Source of the DNA: Octopus sinensis
Taxonomy: Eukaryota
DNA length: 64,000 bases
Assembly: GCF_006345805.1 (NCBI RefSeq)
Contig: NC_042997.1
Coordinates: 14,136,001-14,200,000 of the forward strand
Reading direction: 5' to 3'
A program made the position numbers and the translations under genes. This document shows, piece after piece, positions 1 to 13,099 of the stretch. A model generated the notes under the pieces. The model was not told the origin of the DNA and ran no database searches. It worked only from the letters and a program-made list of their open reading frames with translations. Position 1 is the stretch's first letter. The number at the start of each line of letters is the position of its first letter.

Positions 1-313
1 CGCGGTTTCGATTCCCAGACCGGGCATTGTGATTGTTTATTGAGCGAAAACACCTAAGGCTCCACGAGGCTCCGGCAGTGGGTGGTGGTGAACCCTGCTG
101 TACTCTTTCACCACAACTTTCTCTCACTCTTTCTTCCTGTTTCTCTTGTACCTGTATTTCAAGGGCCAGCCTTGTCACATCCTGTGTGTCACGCTGAATC
201 TCCCCGAGAACTACGTTAAGGGTACATGTGTCTGTGGAATGCTCAGCCACTTGCACGTTAATATCACGAGTAGGCTGTTCCGTTGATCGGATCAACCGGA
301 ACCCTCGTCGTCG
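1..313 (+). mobile_element. tRNA-headed SINE, family B (5' end cut by window edge)
   Basis: Begins with B-box-like GGTTTCGATTCCC. Reverse complement of the complete copy at 26072-26436. Tail has the GTTCCGTTGATCGGATCAACCGGAAC hairpin. Confidence 0.8.
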
Positions 314-482
314 TATTTCGTCTGCCGTTACATTCTGAGTTCCAATTTCGCCGAGGTCGACTTTGCCTTTAATCCTTTCGGGGGTCAGTAAATTAAGTAC
401 CAGTTGCGTCCTGGGGTCGATCTAATCGACTGGCACCCTCCCCAAAAATTTCGGTCCCTGTGCCTAGAGTAGAAAAGAGTAT
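313..482 (+). mobile_element. SINE family C body fused to the family B tail
   Basis: GTATTTCGTCTGCCG...GAGGTCGACTTTGCCTTTAATCCTTTCGGGGGTC matches the family C unit found at 23320-23892, 48383-49126, 49834-50171 and 52440-52756. Confidence 0.75.
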
Positions 483-690
483 TTGTATGTGAGAGAAAGA
501 GAGAGAGAGAGAGTGTGTGTGTGTGTGTGTGTGTGTGCGTGTGTGTGTCTTTGTGTGCCTGTGTGTGGGTCTCTGTGTGTATGTGCGTTTCTCTGTGTGT
601 GTGTATGTGTTTTTATGTGTGTATGTGTACGTGTGCATGTGCGCGTGCGTAAATGTATGCGGTTATTATATACACGCATACACACTCTTT
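483..690. repeat. (GA)n/(GT)n compound microsatellite
   Basis: Directly visible. Confidence 0.95.
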
Positions 691-734
691 ATGTTAAGTG
701 TACAAACCCCATTGATAAATAAAAATATCAACAA

Positions 735-868
735 AAACGCGTGGTTATGTCATTAGAACCTTGCTTCCTAACCTCAAGGTTTCTGAAGTTCACGGCAATT
801 GTCTTCCGCTGTAAACCCCGGGTCAACCAAACTCTGAGAGAATTTTGTAGATGGAAACTAAAAAAGAT
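735..868 (+). mobile_element. Degenerate 5' half of SINE family A
   Basis: Diverged match to the family A head and core (TTTTGTAGATGGAAACTAAAAAAG vs TTTGGTAGACGGAAACTGAAAGAAG), followed by (TA)n. Confidence 0.55.
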
Positions 869-872
869 TTTC

Positions 873-913
<41 letters not shown>

Positions 914-924
<11 letters not shown>

Positions 925-1060
925 TTAGAGACAAAACCCTAGATTTTTGCAAATCAAACAAGGAAAGAGCTTAATCATACTAAAAAAATTTTAATATAAA
1001 GTAAATTAATATAATAAAGTGTTTTGCAAAATAGTGGTTTTGTCTCTAATTAATATTATA
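914..1060. repeat. Palindromic mini-element abutting (TA)n
   Basis: TATAATATTAATTAGAGACAAAACC (914-938) is the reverse complement of GGTTTTGTCTCTAATTAATATTATA (1036-1060). The IR extends inward through TTTTGCAAA. Confidence 0.75.
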
Positions 1061-1150
1061 TAATATTTAACTATAAAATTGGATTCAATCCTAAATCTGA
1101 TTTTTCCCTGTAAATTTGGTATTTTTCCCTAATATTTTTTATTATTATTA

Positions 1151-1185
<35 letters not shown>

Positions 1186-1214
1186 CTATATATATATATA
1201 TATATCTATAGGTA

Positions 1215-1385
1215 TAATCGAACAATAGACCCCAGTACATATTTTTTTAACTGCCTGGGGGGTACTTATTCTATAGGTCACTTTCCCGGACTGCTAATTT
1301 ACAGGTACGTAAACCCACACTGTTTTCAAGCAATGGTGAGATCCAAACACAAAGACAAGAATACACACATACACACACATACATG
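1215..1385 (-). mobile_element. Degenerate 3' half of SINE family A
   Basis: GACCCCAGTAC...GTACTTATTCTATAGGTC...CACAAAGAC resembles the reverse complement of the family A tail. Confidence 0.5.
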
Positions 1386-1414
1386 TATAGTGTATGTATG
1401 TATTTATGTAGTGT

Positions 1415-1515
1415 ATGATATATAGATATATAGATAATAGATAGATAGATAGATAGATTATACAGACAGACACTAGATACACCAGACAAGACAGACAGAC
1501 AGACATACAATAGAC

Positions 1516-1564
<49 letters not shown>

Positions 1565-1570
1565 TAGATA
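1415..1570. repeat. (GATA)n/(GACA)n microsatellite, 3' flank of the Tx1 element
   Basis: Directly visible. Confidence 0.95.
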
Positions 1571-1964
1571 TGTTTCTTTATTAGCCACACAGGGCTGCAC
1601 ACAGATAGAACAAATTACAAGGTAGAGCTTTTCTTTTGAAGGTTTAAAAAATAAAAAAAAAAAAAAATAAAAAAAATAAAATAATAAAAAAGGGGGGGTC
1701 GATCAAAAGGGATCGTAAAAGGAGAGAAAGAGGACAAAAAAAGGGGGGGTTAAAAAAAAGGGGGAGAGGAAAAAATTGATCAATAGGGATCGTTATCACA
1801 GAAATGTCAATATGAAGTGTAAAGGGGAGGACAGGTGAGGTTTACCGTGGAAAGAAAAGCCTACGGAAAAGACCACGGTAACCTCGGTCAATGAAGTCAC
1901 ATGTTATATTTTTTTTTTTTTTTTTTTTTTGCAAATAAGCAACTCTCTGTATTAATTTTACGGT

Positions 1965-4900
1965 TCATAGAATCATAGTCAAGGTGGCTTCGTCATTCAT
2001 ACGTGCCATCCTTGCTACATTCACCCATCTTTTTTTAAAACATTCACTAGACAAAACTTGCCTCTCTACTCTCACTTTTTTCTTCAAGTGATACTTGAAG
2101 AAGTTGATGAGAGATTGACCAGAGAGGAAAGTGTTTGTCTCTAATCCTTTCAGACGCGTCCACCAGATACATTCTTTCGCCATAGCCACAAGTATGATAA
2201 AAATAGCTCTTCCTTCCCGTTTGAAGGAAGGAGGCGTGACGATATTAACGATAGACTCGGCTGATAAACCGACACGTCCCACACGTGACAGCAGTCGTTC
2301 GACATAAGCCCACAGGTGGGAAATTGCTGGACACTGCACGATTGCGTGCAGAGCGGTTTCGTCGCTCTGCCCGCATCTCGGGCAGGTCGGCCCCGTGTTT
2401 CTCGAGCCATGCCTATAGAGCTTATCCCGAACGGGTAGCGCTTCTCGGTAGCACCGCCAGGCGGGATCTCTGGAAGTTGTCCATAGGTCCCGGGCCGAAA
2501 GTCGTTTGAAACAGGCGGGTCAGGTATTCCTCGTCGACGCCAGGTTTGCCCCGAGCTCGTCGTCGTACCTCCCCTCCACTAATCCCCTATAGAATGCTTT
2601 GGTTGTGTTGAAGTCACTCAAGGTCGACCCGGGACGGCAGAGTTGCTTGAGAGCAACGCGACACTCGCGGTGCCATTCGCCCTTCTTCGGCCTCTTTTTG
2701 ATCCACGACTGTAGTTCGGTCATGGAGACGAGTTGCGGGAATGCGTGCCTCACAAACGGCGACCACACCTGTTCACCGTCGTCTACATAGAGCCGGAGAT
2801 GTCGCAGTCTCAGCGCGTGTCTGCGCATCATCAACCACGGCATGCCCAGCCCTCCTTTTAACGGGTGTTGACAGCAAATGGATCGCCTGACCATCGGGAC
2901 GCATCCTTTCCACAAGAAGCGGAAGAGGATGCGTTCTAGTTTGGTGATGGTAGGGTCGGGACAAGGTACGACGGTCAGGCGGTAGTAGATGATGGACGCG
3001 ATGTACGCGTTCACACCACCTCCGCCCGACCTTTTAGGGACAGTTTCCTCTCTCGGCCCATTGCTGGGCGAGAGTGACCACCCTACTCGTTATCTCGTTC
3101 CAGTTCTTCTCCATTTGGAGGTCCGGACCGAACCAGACCCCGAGCAACTCAACCGGGCCGTCTGTCCAGCGTCCCACGACGGAGGTACTGGTGGACGGCA
3201 TGGCTTGCTTCTCCAGGTGCCGAGCCGCAGCCCTGACTTTTCCCGGTTGATTTTTGCTCCTGTCACCGCTTCGTAGTCTTTCAGTGTCTCGCCGCCCGCT
3301 CGATGTGCTCGTGGCTTGACACTATGACGGTGACGTCGTCCGCGTATGCAGACACGCTCGTCCCGCATCCTAATTCTCGCGGGATGCCCCTCAGAGTCGC
3401 CAGCTTCCGCAGTAGTGGCTCAAGAGTCAATACGTATAGAAGCGCCGAGAGGGGGCATCCCTGACGGACCGAACGTGCAATGTCGAAAGGTCTCGATAGA
3501 TGTCCATTTACGCGAATTACCGAACGGATGCCTCTGTACAAGGCAGCTATCCAGCCGCGGAAGACGGGACCGAAACCAGCCGCTCTCAGGACTGCCTCCA
3601 AGTATCGATGGTCTACCCTATCAAAGGCTTTCGATTGATCCAAGTTGATCAGGGCCCCACCCATGCCAGGTTCGTTAACTACCCTGTCTATGATGTAGCG
3701 CATCAGATGGAGGTTGTCATGGATGCTCCGGCCCGGCACGGCGCACGTTTGTGCGTTGTCGACCAGTTTCTCCATGACAAGCGCCAACCTCTTGGCTAAC
3801 ACCTTTGTCAAAATTTTCAGGTCTGCATTGAGCAGAGTGATTGGCCTAAAGTTATCTATAATGTTTCCCTTGTTTGGATCTTTCTTCAGCAGAGTTACAG
3901 CTCCTCGACTCACAAAACCGGGTATGCTCCCGTTTGGCTGCCAGTTGCAGTATACCGCTGCCAAGACGTCTCCAAACAAGTCTGGCATACAATTAAAATT
4001 CGTAGGGTAGACCATCCAACCCGGTGATTTGTCCCTCGAGCATTCTGCCATCGCTTCCCGCACTTCCGCCGCCGTGATGGCACCTTCGCAGCACCCTGTC
4101 GGAGAGTCGTGGCAGGCTATGTAGGTAGGCACTGAAGTCTACCCTACGTTCTTGCCCTCCACTCGTCCCGAACAGTCGGGCAAAATGCTGCTGAAAGGCC
4201 TCACACATTTTACTTGGCTCGAGCAATTCGCGCCCCTGTTCATCTACCAGTGACCGAATGGTGGCTTTGTTGCCCTGTTGCGCCTCTGCCACCCGGGCCT
4301 CTCTCGCGGCTCCAACACCTTCGTTCCTTAGAGCACGCATCCTAGCTCTGACAGCACATCCTTCGTGTTTGGCGTTGAAGTGTTGGTCGAGGGCCAACCT
4401 CGCCGCCAAAACGTCGGATGCGATGCCGCTTCTAATTGCCTCTTCTAGCTTCTTAACTAGCTCACCCTCTACTCTATTTCTATCTATGGCTAGTGCTTTG
4501 CTGTACCTAATCGCTTCTGCTTTTACTGCTCTCTTGAGGGCAAACCACCATTGTTGTTGATGATGGCTCCCGTCAAAGCCCTCTTTACTAGTGTGCTAAT
4601 CCGGTCTCTGAAAACTTGTCTGGACGGGAATGATGCGTTCAGTTTCAGTACCCAGGACCCTGTCTATGTGCCTTATCTAAGTCTAGCGTACACGTCACCA
4701 ATTTGTGATCCGTGTAGCTGACTGTGTGGAATTGTGGACATCCTAAGTTATCCTTGTCTACTGTCCTACACAGTATCCTATCTAGATACGATCTCGACGA
4801 CCCACTGCGGTTGCTCCATGTCCACGTTGGTGCATTTGGGTGGTCGAGTCGGTACCTGTCAGACAGTTGGAATCGTCTGAGCAGGTCTCTGAGGCATTTG

Positions 4901-5382
4901 CATCCCCTTCTGTTTCTGTCTCTACCCACGTAGTCTACATGCGTGTCCAAGGTAGCATTCCAATCCCCCACTAAGAGTAAGGACGAGACGTTCCCAAGAT
5001 ACTTCTAGACGTCGAAAGAAATCCGCCCGACCTGTTAAGGGCGGTGCGTAGACTGATACGAGTCGAAAAGCGCACCCATTGCTGCCGTCAACATCCAGAA
5101 CGATCAGTCTACCCTCCGGGTCTACGAATATCGTCTTGACTTCGAGATCCAGGCTCTTGTGAAAAAGTACCGCGGTGCCACTACCGCCCATCCTCGGCAG
5201 ACAGGGAGCGAAATAAATGTTAAACTGTCCGCCAAACATGGACTTTAGGGCCCGTGGCTCGTGGAGTCTGGTCTCATTTATGGCTATGATTCCCAAATCA
5301 TGTGACTTGATGTCATTTAGGAGGTATCCTTGTTTCCAAGAGACCCCAAGCCACGCGCATTCACACAACCAATCTTGACCAT
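1965..5382 (-). pseudogene. pol: Tx1 ORF2 (APE endonuclease + reverse transcriptase + C-terminal domain), frameshifted
   Basis: ATG at 5382 (MVKIGCVNARGL). APE motifs AINETRL, GDWN, SYLDRI, YTDH. RT motifs NFRPITLLNADLKIL, LDQSKAFDRVDH, VRQGCPLS, YADD. Spread over several ORF-track frames (4922-5368, 4645-4971, 3993-4409, 3281-4132, 2520-3014, 1965-2339). Confidence 0.9.
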
Positions 5383-5432
5383 GATTCTATTGGGGTGTGT
5401 GCTTTAAAACACACAAATGAAAGTACAGAGAG

Positions 5433-7550
5433 TTACTTACTTGTGTCGAAAGTTTTGGCTTCCTCGTTCTTTGATGTGTCTTCGAGGAGGTTTCTATATA
5501 GTTTTTGGGACAGATATTTCTGGAAACCCCCTACAGCATTTAGGAAGAGGGCTTTGAGTTTGTGGTGTTGTGTTTGTGTGATGTGTAGTATTTTGATGTG
5601 TTTGGGTGGTGTAGTGCGTGGATGATTGCTATTTTTAAAGTCATCTTCACAAATGTTTGTGTATCCTGTGATGTACTCCATTAGTTTGGAGTCTTTTGTG
5701 TCTATCGCTGATAGCATTGTTTTTGTGGTTTGGTGCTTGTTTTGTTGTGTATGGAGTTTTCAGGGTTCAGGTATCTCCCTGCTTTGGTTGCGATTTCTTG
5801 TTTGGTTTTTCTTGATCTTTTTCTTTTACCCCCTGTGGCTATTTGCCATTCTGTCGAACTTTCATCGTTAGATGAAAAGTCTGACGAATCAGCAGGGGGC
5901 AAGGGTAAAGCGTCTGGGTTGTTTGTGCGGCGGTTGTAGATATTGTTGTGGTGCGCGGGGAGGGTGTTGCTGGGGGTTTTGTTGTGGTTATTGTCTCTCC
6001 TACATCCTTGGTGCTTGTCTTCTTCGTTGTTATTCTTGGTGTTGGAATTGGTTTTTTATTTGTGTTGGTGGTGATGATTCTGTTCTTGGCGCTGGTGTTG
6101 GTGGTTTTTGGTTGGGTTGGCTTGTTCTTTGTTGTTTTTCCTGCATTTCCGCATACAGCTTCTTGACTAGCTGTCCATATTGTAGTGTGGGCAATAATCC
6201 TGGCTTTTGTGATTTTTCCTGTGGCTGTTGTTGTTGTTGTAATTTTGCGGCAGATTTGCACTCCTTTTTGAGGTGTGCCTCACTGCCACATGTATAGCAT
6301 CGTGGCCTTCTGCCCTCGACTACTACGTATAACTTGCGGCCATCCTCAAGATGTACGTGGGTGGGGATTTTATTTATGTTCTCTTGACTTATGTGGAAGA
6401 GGAACTCTATTCTCTTTCCCAGCCAGTCCTTGTTTTCCGAAACACCGATATCTAGGATGTTTAAGTCCTCCATTTCGGATGTTAAGGCGGATGTAATCCA
6501 CAGTGTTGTAGTCACTTGGGGGACACCACTGATAATGACTTTCGTCACCTTCTGGCCGAGGTAACTCGGTGTCAACGTTAGTTCATCAGAATGAAGGGTT
6601 ATCGTTGAGAATTTCTTCTTCGCCACTCTTCATTCTGAAAAACCACCTGTACGTGTGCGAACTTGTTCGCCCAAGTCACACAATCCTTGTATCCCCAGAT
6701 GGGGCGTAAGCACTTTTCGACTTTGTCTGTGCTTGCCTTTTCTGGACTTTTTGTTTTTTTATTTGTGATTTTATATACAATTGTCTTTTTTTTCTCCTCA
6801 TTCAGTATGTGCTGAGGTATGTGTAAGAGTATTTTTCCGTTTTGATTTGTAATAAGGTTTCTGCAATCTTTAATCTGTTGTGTAGTAAACGAAACTTTTG
6901 TTACCTTTTCTTTTATCGCCTCGGCGAAGTTTGTTGTTGTTTTGTTATTGTTGTTACTTCCGGTGGTGTTGGTGTTGATGGCAGGGGTGTGGGTTGTAGG
7001 TTTGTGGTTGCTGATTATGCAACTAGCAAGGGGTGGAAAATTGCCTGCGTAATTTAGTCCTGCATTAGCGCAAATTTCGGCATTTCGTTTGCTTGTCGTC
7101 GTTATTTTTTCACTTGGTGATGGAGTGAGCAGTGATTGAAGGGAATTGTTGTTGTCGTCGTCGTTGTTGTTGTTGTTGTTGTTGTTGTTGTTATTGTCGT
7201 TCTTGGTGACGGCGGTGGTGTTAGTAGTATTAGTAGCATTGACGGCACGGTCTTTGGTTTGCAGTGATGGTGATGTTGGTATTGTTATTGGTGGCGACGT
7301 CTTTAGTAGGGATAGCAGTTTTAGTAGCAGATTCTGCCATGGTGTTGTTGTCGGTGTTGGTGGTGGTGGTGGACTCACTGATGGTGTTGACGGTGCTTGG
7401 CCTTGCGACCTTTGTTTTGTATTTGTTGCTGTTGTCGATGTTGATGGTGGCGGAGTTGTCAGGTTCAGCGTAAGGTAACAGAGCATCCTGTTTTTCTGCC
7501 TCTGCGTCACGCTTGACTTGCACCTCAGCCTCGTGGTGACCAGTGGCCAT
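5433..7550 (-). pseudogene. Tx1 ORF1 (gag-like nucleic-acid-binding protein), frameshifted
   Basis: ATG at 7550 (MATGHH). Thr/Asn-rich low-complexity N-terminus. CX2CX4HX4C knuckle CYTCGSEAHLKKEC in ORF 6030-6626. Basic motif KRKRSRK. Ends 50 nt before the ORF2 ATG. Confidence 0.75.
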
Positions 7551-7772
7551 TTTGGAAATAAAATGGCTAAATGAAACCACGAAGGCTATGAGAAATTTTT
7601 CTTTTAAATTTTGCCCACAAGGGGCAAAATTTTGTGTAGATATTAATCAAGGTTTGCAGTGGATGTTGTTGCACAACTTTTAAACACAAAATATTTCACA
7701 ATAAACAATTTTCAACGTACAAAATGACCAACTTACGTGGAGCCCATTTGACTAGCGTCCGTCCATGTCGAG

Positions 7773-7781
7773 AGATAGATA

Positions 7782-7857
<76 letters not shown>
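7773..7857. repeat. (GATA)n microsatellite, 5' flank of the Tx1 element
   Basis: Directly visible. Confidence 0.95.
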
Positions 7858-8125
7858 GCATATGTGTGTCTGTGTGTCTGTCCGTTTGTCTTTGTGATTG
7901 TCCCCCACCACTGCTTGACAACCGGTGCTGGTTTGTGTACGTCCCCCTTATATAGCGGTTCGGCAAAATAGACCGATAGAATGAATGCCAGGTTGTTTTG
8001 TTTTGTTTTGTTTTTTGTTTTTTTTTTAATAAGTACTCGGGTCGATTTCTTCAACTAAACCCTTCAAGCCGGTATTCGAGCATGGCTGCAGTCCAATGAC
8101 TGAAAGAAGTAAAAGATAAAAAATA
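7858..8125 (+). mobile_element. 3' half of SINE family A
   Basis: GCTTGACAACCGGTGCTGG...GCGGTTCGGCAAAA...GCATGGCTGCAGTCCAATGACTGAAAGAAGTAAAAG. Confidence 0.7.
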
Positions 8126-8684
8126 AAAAAACGAAAGAAATCAACGTTTTGTCCTGACCTAAATGACGCAAAGTGAAATGGAAGACAAACGGGAAAAAAA
8201 GTTTACAATAATTCTGAAACAGGAAAGAAGATTATACTAATACAAATGTTTCGTTCTTTGCAAAGCAGTGAATATCTAACGTGCTTAAAACTTATATAAG
8301 TTTATTAATCAGAAATAGATTGACAATGCAATTAATTAAACATACAAGTGTGAAGGCGATTATGTGTGCGATTCTTTGATTTGGAAACTTTATTGAAGCA
8401 ATTTAAACGATGAGGCAACTCATTAGAGAGTAGCTAACAAACTGTGATAAAAATACTCTCTTACGGAAGAACGGAATCTCAGTAATTCAAAGATACAGTG
8501 GAATATTTCTTACACTAATTTTACTGGTCAGAAATAGGAGAGGAGAATAAATGGAAACAGTTGAAAGAGAGCGACAAAGAGGAAGTGAATGTGTGTATGA
8601 GTGTGTGTGTGTGAACAATATAGAAAGAGAGAGAGAGGGGAGAGGGAGAGAGAGAGTTAGGGAGGCAAGGAGATAGGTAATTGG

Positions 8685-9290
<606 letters not shown>

Positions 9291-9639
9291 GAGAAAGAAA
9301 GTGTAAAATGTCATAAGAGAGAATAACTGAGATTTTGAAATTTAGAGAAGGAAGAGAAGAAAGCGTGGAAAGAGTTTAATGAATAAAAGAAAAAGAAAGA
9401 GAACATGTGATAAAGATGATATCAAAGAATTGAGAAAGAGATAGGGCGAGGTAATAAGAACAGACATGCGAATAGTCGGCATGGAAAGAATAGTTGTCAG
9501 GAAAAGCAGACAAAGAAAGTGAAAGAATGTGTAAGAGATTCGAAAGAAGTAAGGTGAAGCAAAGAATTTCGGTGTAGAAGGAATAAAGGATTTGAAGCGG
9601 AATAAAAGTAGGGAAAGAGGAGCGAAAAGAACTGGTTTG

Positions 9640-9656
9640 ATAGATAGGTAGGTAGG

Positions 9657-9731
<75 letters not shown>

Positions 9732-9732
9732 G

Positions 9733-9801
<69 letters not shown>

Positions 9802-9802
9802 C
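9640..9802. repeat. (GATA)n microsatellite
   Basis: Directly visible. Confidence 0.95.
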
Positions 9803-10319
9803 ATTGACTGAGATGATCAGCGAGTTTGCTCGCATTTAACAATTATACCTAGTACTGACTCATTAAGTGCTTATACACACAAACCGAGCTCTTTCTGCCC
9901 AGAAAACAAGTTATAATGAACCAACCAGAAGAAAACTCCAGCAACTGAAAGCCGCTGGTGTCCGTCCTCTGTTGACCTTTGTATTTCGAGAAAATTTTTG
10001 GTCAAGATATTGCTATTAGCAAATGGCAACATTCCATAACCAGCGGTTCTTCGATAAATGTTTGGTTCGCTAAGTTAAGACGTAGAGAGTTAAGAGCGGC
10101 AAGATAGGCAGGGGGTGATGGAAAATATTTTCAAATCAAGCAAGGGTAATGCTGGTAAATTATTCTTTTCTTCAGAAAGCATCTGAAGAAAATTCAAACA
10201 CTCAATCACATCATATCCAGTCTTCAGTCTTCAAAGCAGTAGAGTTGTTTTGTTTGTTGGCTAAGTGCCCAGTCAAAGGTTAACAAGTCTTACTCTTCTC
10301 ACAAGTACAATCTCCCTCC

Positions 10320-10790
<471 letters not shown>

Positions 10791-10791
10791 A

Positions 10792-11100
10792 GGTGCTCCG
10801 TCGGTTACGACGATGAGGTTTCCAGTTGATATGATCAACGGAACAGCCTGTGAAATTAACGTGCAAGTGGCTGAGCACTCCACAGCTACGCATATCCATA
10901 ACGTAGTTCCCAGAGTGATTCACCGTGACACAGAATGTCAAAAGGCTGATTCTTTGAAATGCAGGTTCTACTCATTTTATACCAGCTGAGTGGACTGGGG
11001 TAATGTAAAATGAAGTGTCTTGCTCAAGAACATAGCTGGTATCGAACTCACAACTTTACGATCATGAGCCGAATACCCTAACTATTTGGCCACGTACTTT
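10792..11100 (-). mobile_element. SINE family B2 (tRNA-like head + CAGTCCACTCAGCTG middle + family B tail)
   Basis: Reverse-complement relative of 17097-17395. Confidence 0.7.
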
Positions 11101-11148
11101 CACATCTTCATGTGTGTGCGTTTGTGTGTATTTGTGTGTGTGTGTGTG

Positions 11149-11200
<52 letters not shown>

Positions 11201-11496
11201 CTGTGTGTCTGTGTGTGTGTCTGTGTGTCTAAGCACTTAATGAATCGGAACTATGTATAATTGTTGAATGCGAGCACACTCACTGATCAGAATCGTTACA
11301 GAGTCGGAAAAATCTCCTGAAGTAATGTTCCTACTCTTACTCTGAGTTCAATTCCTGTCCAGATCGACTTTGGCATTCATCTTCCCTGGTTGATAAAACA
11401 AAGTAACAGTCGAGTACTGAGATCGATTTCTTCATCGAACAACAGCTTCTTTCACAATATTTCTACTATACAGAAAATATTTCAATATTTTCATAT

Positions 11497-11905
11497 AAAA
11501 CCTCTTTTACTCTTTTACTTGCTTCAGTCATTTGACTGTGGCCATGCTGGAGCACCGTCTTTAGTCGAGCAAATCGACCCCAGTACTTATTCTTTATAAG
11601 CCTACTACTTATTCTATCGGTGTCGTTTGCTGAAACGCTATGTTACGGGGACGTAAACACACCAGCATCGGTTGTCAAGCGATGTTGGGAGGGGGACAAA
11701 CACAGACACACAAACATATACACACATATATACACATATATACGACGGGCTTCTTTCAGTTTCCGTCTAACAAATCCACTCACAAGGCTTTGGTCGGCCC
11801 GAGGCTATAGTAGAAGACACTTGCCCAATGTGCCACGCAGTGGGACTGAACCCGGAACCATGTGGTTCGTAAGCAAGCTACTTACCACACATCCACTCCT
11901 ACGCC
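11497..11905 (-). mobile_element. SINE family A, full-length copy
   Basis: Head GGAGTGGATGTGTGGTAAGTAGC...GGTTCAGTCCC, core TTTGTTAGACGGAAACTGAAAGAAGCCCGTCG, central microsatellite, and tail GGTGCTCCAGCATGGCCACAGTC, all on the minus strand. Confidence 0.85.
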
Positions 11906-12085
11906 TATATACACACATATATATACATATATACGGCGGGCTTCTTTCAGTTTCCGTCTACCAAATCCGCTCACAAGGCTTTGGTCGGCCCGAGATTATA
12001 GTAGAATACACTTGCCCAATGTGCCACGCAGTGGGACTGAACCCGGAACCATGTGTTTGATAAGCAAGCTACTTACCACATAGCC
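11905..12085 (-). mobile_element. Second, tandem 5' half of SINE family A
   Basis: Near-duplicate of 11735-11900. Confidence 0.8.
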
Positions 12086-12335
12086 TCTCTTACATAAATA
12101 ATATTTAATCATCAAAACAATAATCTTGTTTATTGTGTTGTATCGTTTAATTGATTCCAGGAGCAACAAAGAAACAAACACTAAGAAAAACTGAATGACA
12201 ACAGAAATGATGTTCACGTTTTAACGTAAAGAAATATGTATCAGTGAGTGTCTATGTTGTTTACTTGTGGTAAAAATATGTAGCTTATGTATATATGTAT
12301 GTGTTATGTGAATATGTATGTGTATGTAGGTGTGC

Positions 12336-12379
<44 letters not shown>

Positions 12380-12643
12380 ACATGTATTTATATATATACA
12401 TATATGCATATATATATATATTCATTTATAATTCAATTTTAGGGGATTAATCGATATGCGGATATTCTATTTCAGATAATACGAAAATAACCTAATGACT
12501 ATATCTGACAGTAAATTCATGGTATCAGTTTGCACATCACGAAATAATACTTAAAGGATATAACCAAATTTACCAGCAGGGTATATAATGTACTTCATTA
12601 ATTATATCCTTCTTTAGTTAATACTTATATTTATTAAATATGA

Positions 12644-12705
12644 AGGAACTACACGTGTTTCAGTATTGGAAGATTACAATATATATACATATACACAATT
12701 GTATA

Positions 12706-12743
<38 letters not shown>

Positions 12744-12793
12744 TATATGTAATCGTTAGATTTACAATTATTTCTAACACATCTTCAGGTTCG
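12644..12793 (-). ncRNA. Type I hammerhead-ribozyme-like motif (canonical core, loop II expanded by (TA)n)
   Basis: Minus strand: GAAC CUGAAGA U GUGUU [~120 nt loop] AAUAC U GAAAC ACGU GUA GUUC. Stem I GAAC/GUUC, stem II GUGUU/AAUAC, palindromic stem III, GUA cleavage triplet. Confidence 0.55.
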
Positions 12794-13099
12794 ATTTCAA
12801 AGTATTATATATCTAATCTTACATCCCTTTAAAAATAATCAATACAATTAAGCATTAAAGATTAAAAATTAAGAATTAAAAATTAAGAATAAAAATTATA
12901 TTTTGTAATATTAAGAATTAAAATTTATAAATTATACATTATAATTATGAATTACTATATATATCAATCATGTAAAATCAAGTAATCAATTAAATAAGAC
13001 CCCAAGGTACGATATGTATAACGCTGAAGGGTTGCACCTGATTGATTTGGAAATTTGTTTTCCCAAATTATTTATATATTCATGTATATAAATATATAG

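Larger units (their letters stand above)
1571..7772 (-). mobile_element. Near full-length Tx1/L1-clade non-LTR retrotransposon (~6.2 kb)
   Basis: Layout on the minus strand: ~220 nt 5' UTR with an 11 bp hairpin (7606-7632), ORF1 with a zinc knuckle, ORF2 with APE endonuclease and RT, then a ~390 nt 3' UTR ending AATAAAGAAACA directly against (TATC)n. The 5' end also abuts (CTAT)n. Confidence 0.9.

Noticed and set aside
2150-4560. Plus-strand and alternative-frame ORFs overlapping the Tx1 RT
   Set aside because: These are shadow ORFs from GC-rich coding sequence on the opposite strand or frame.
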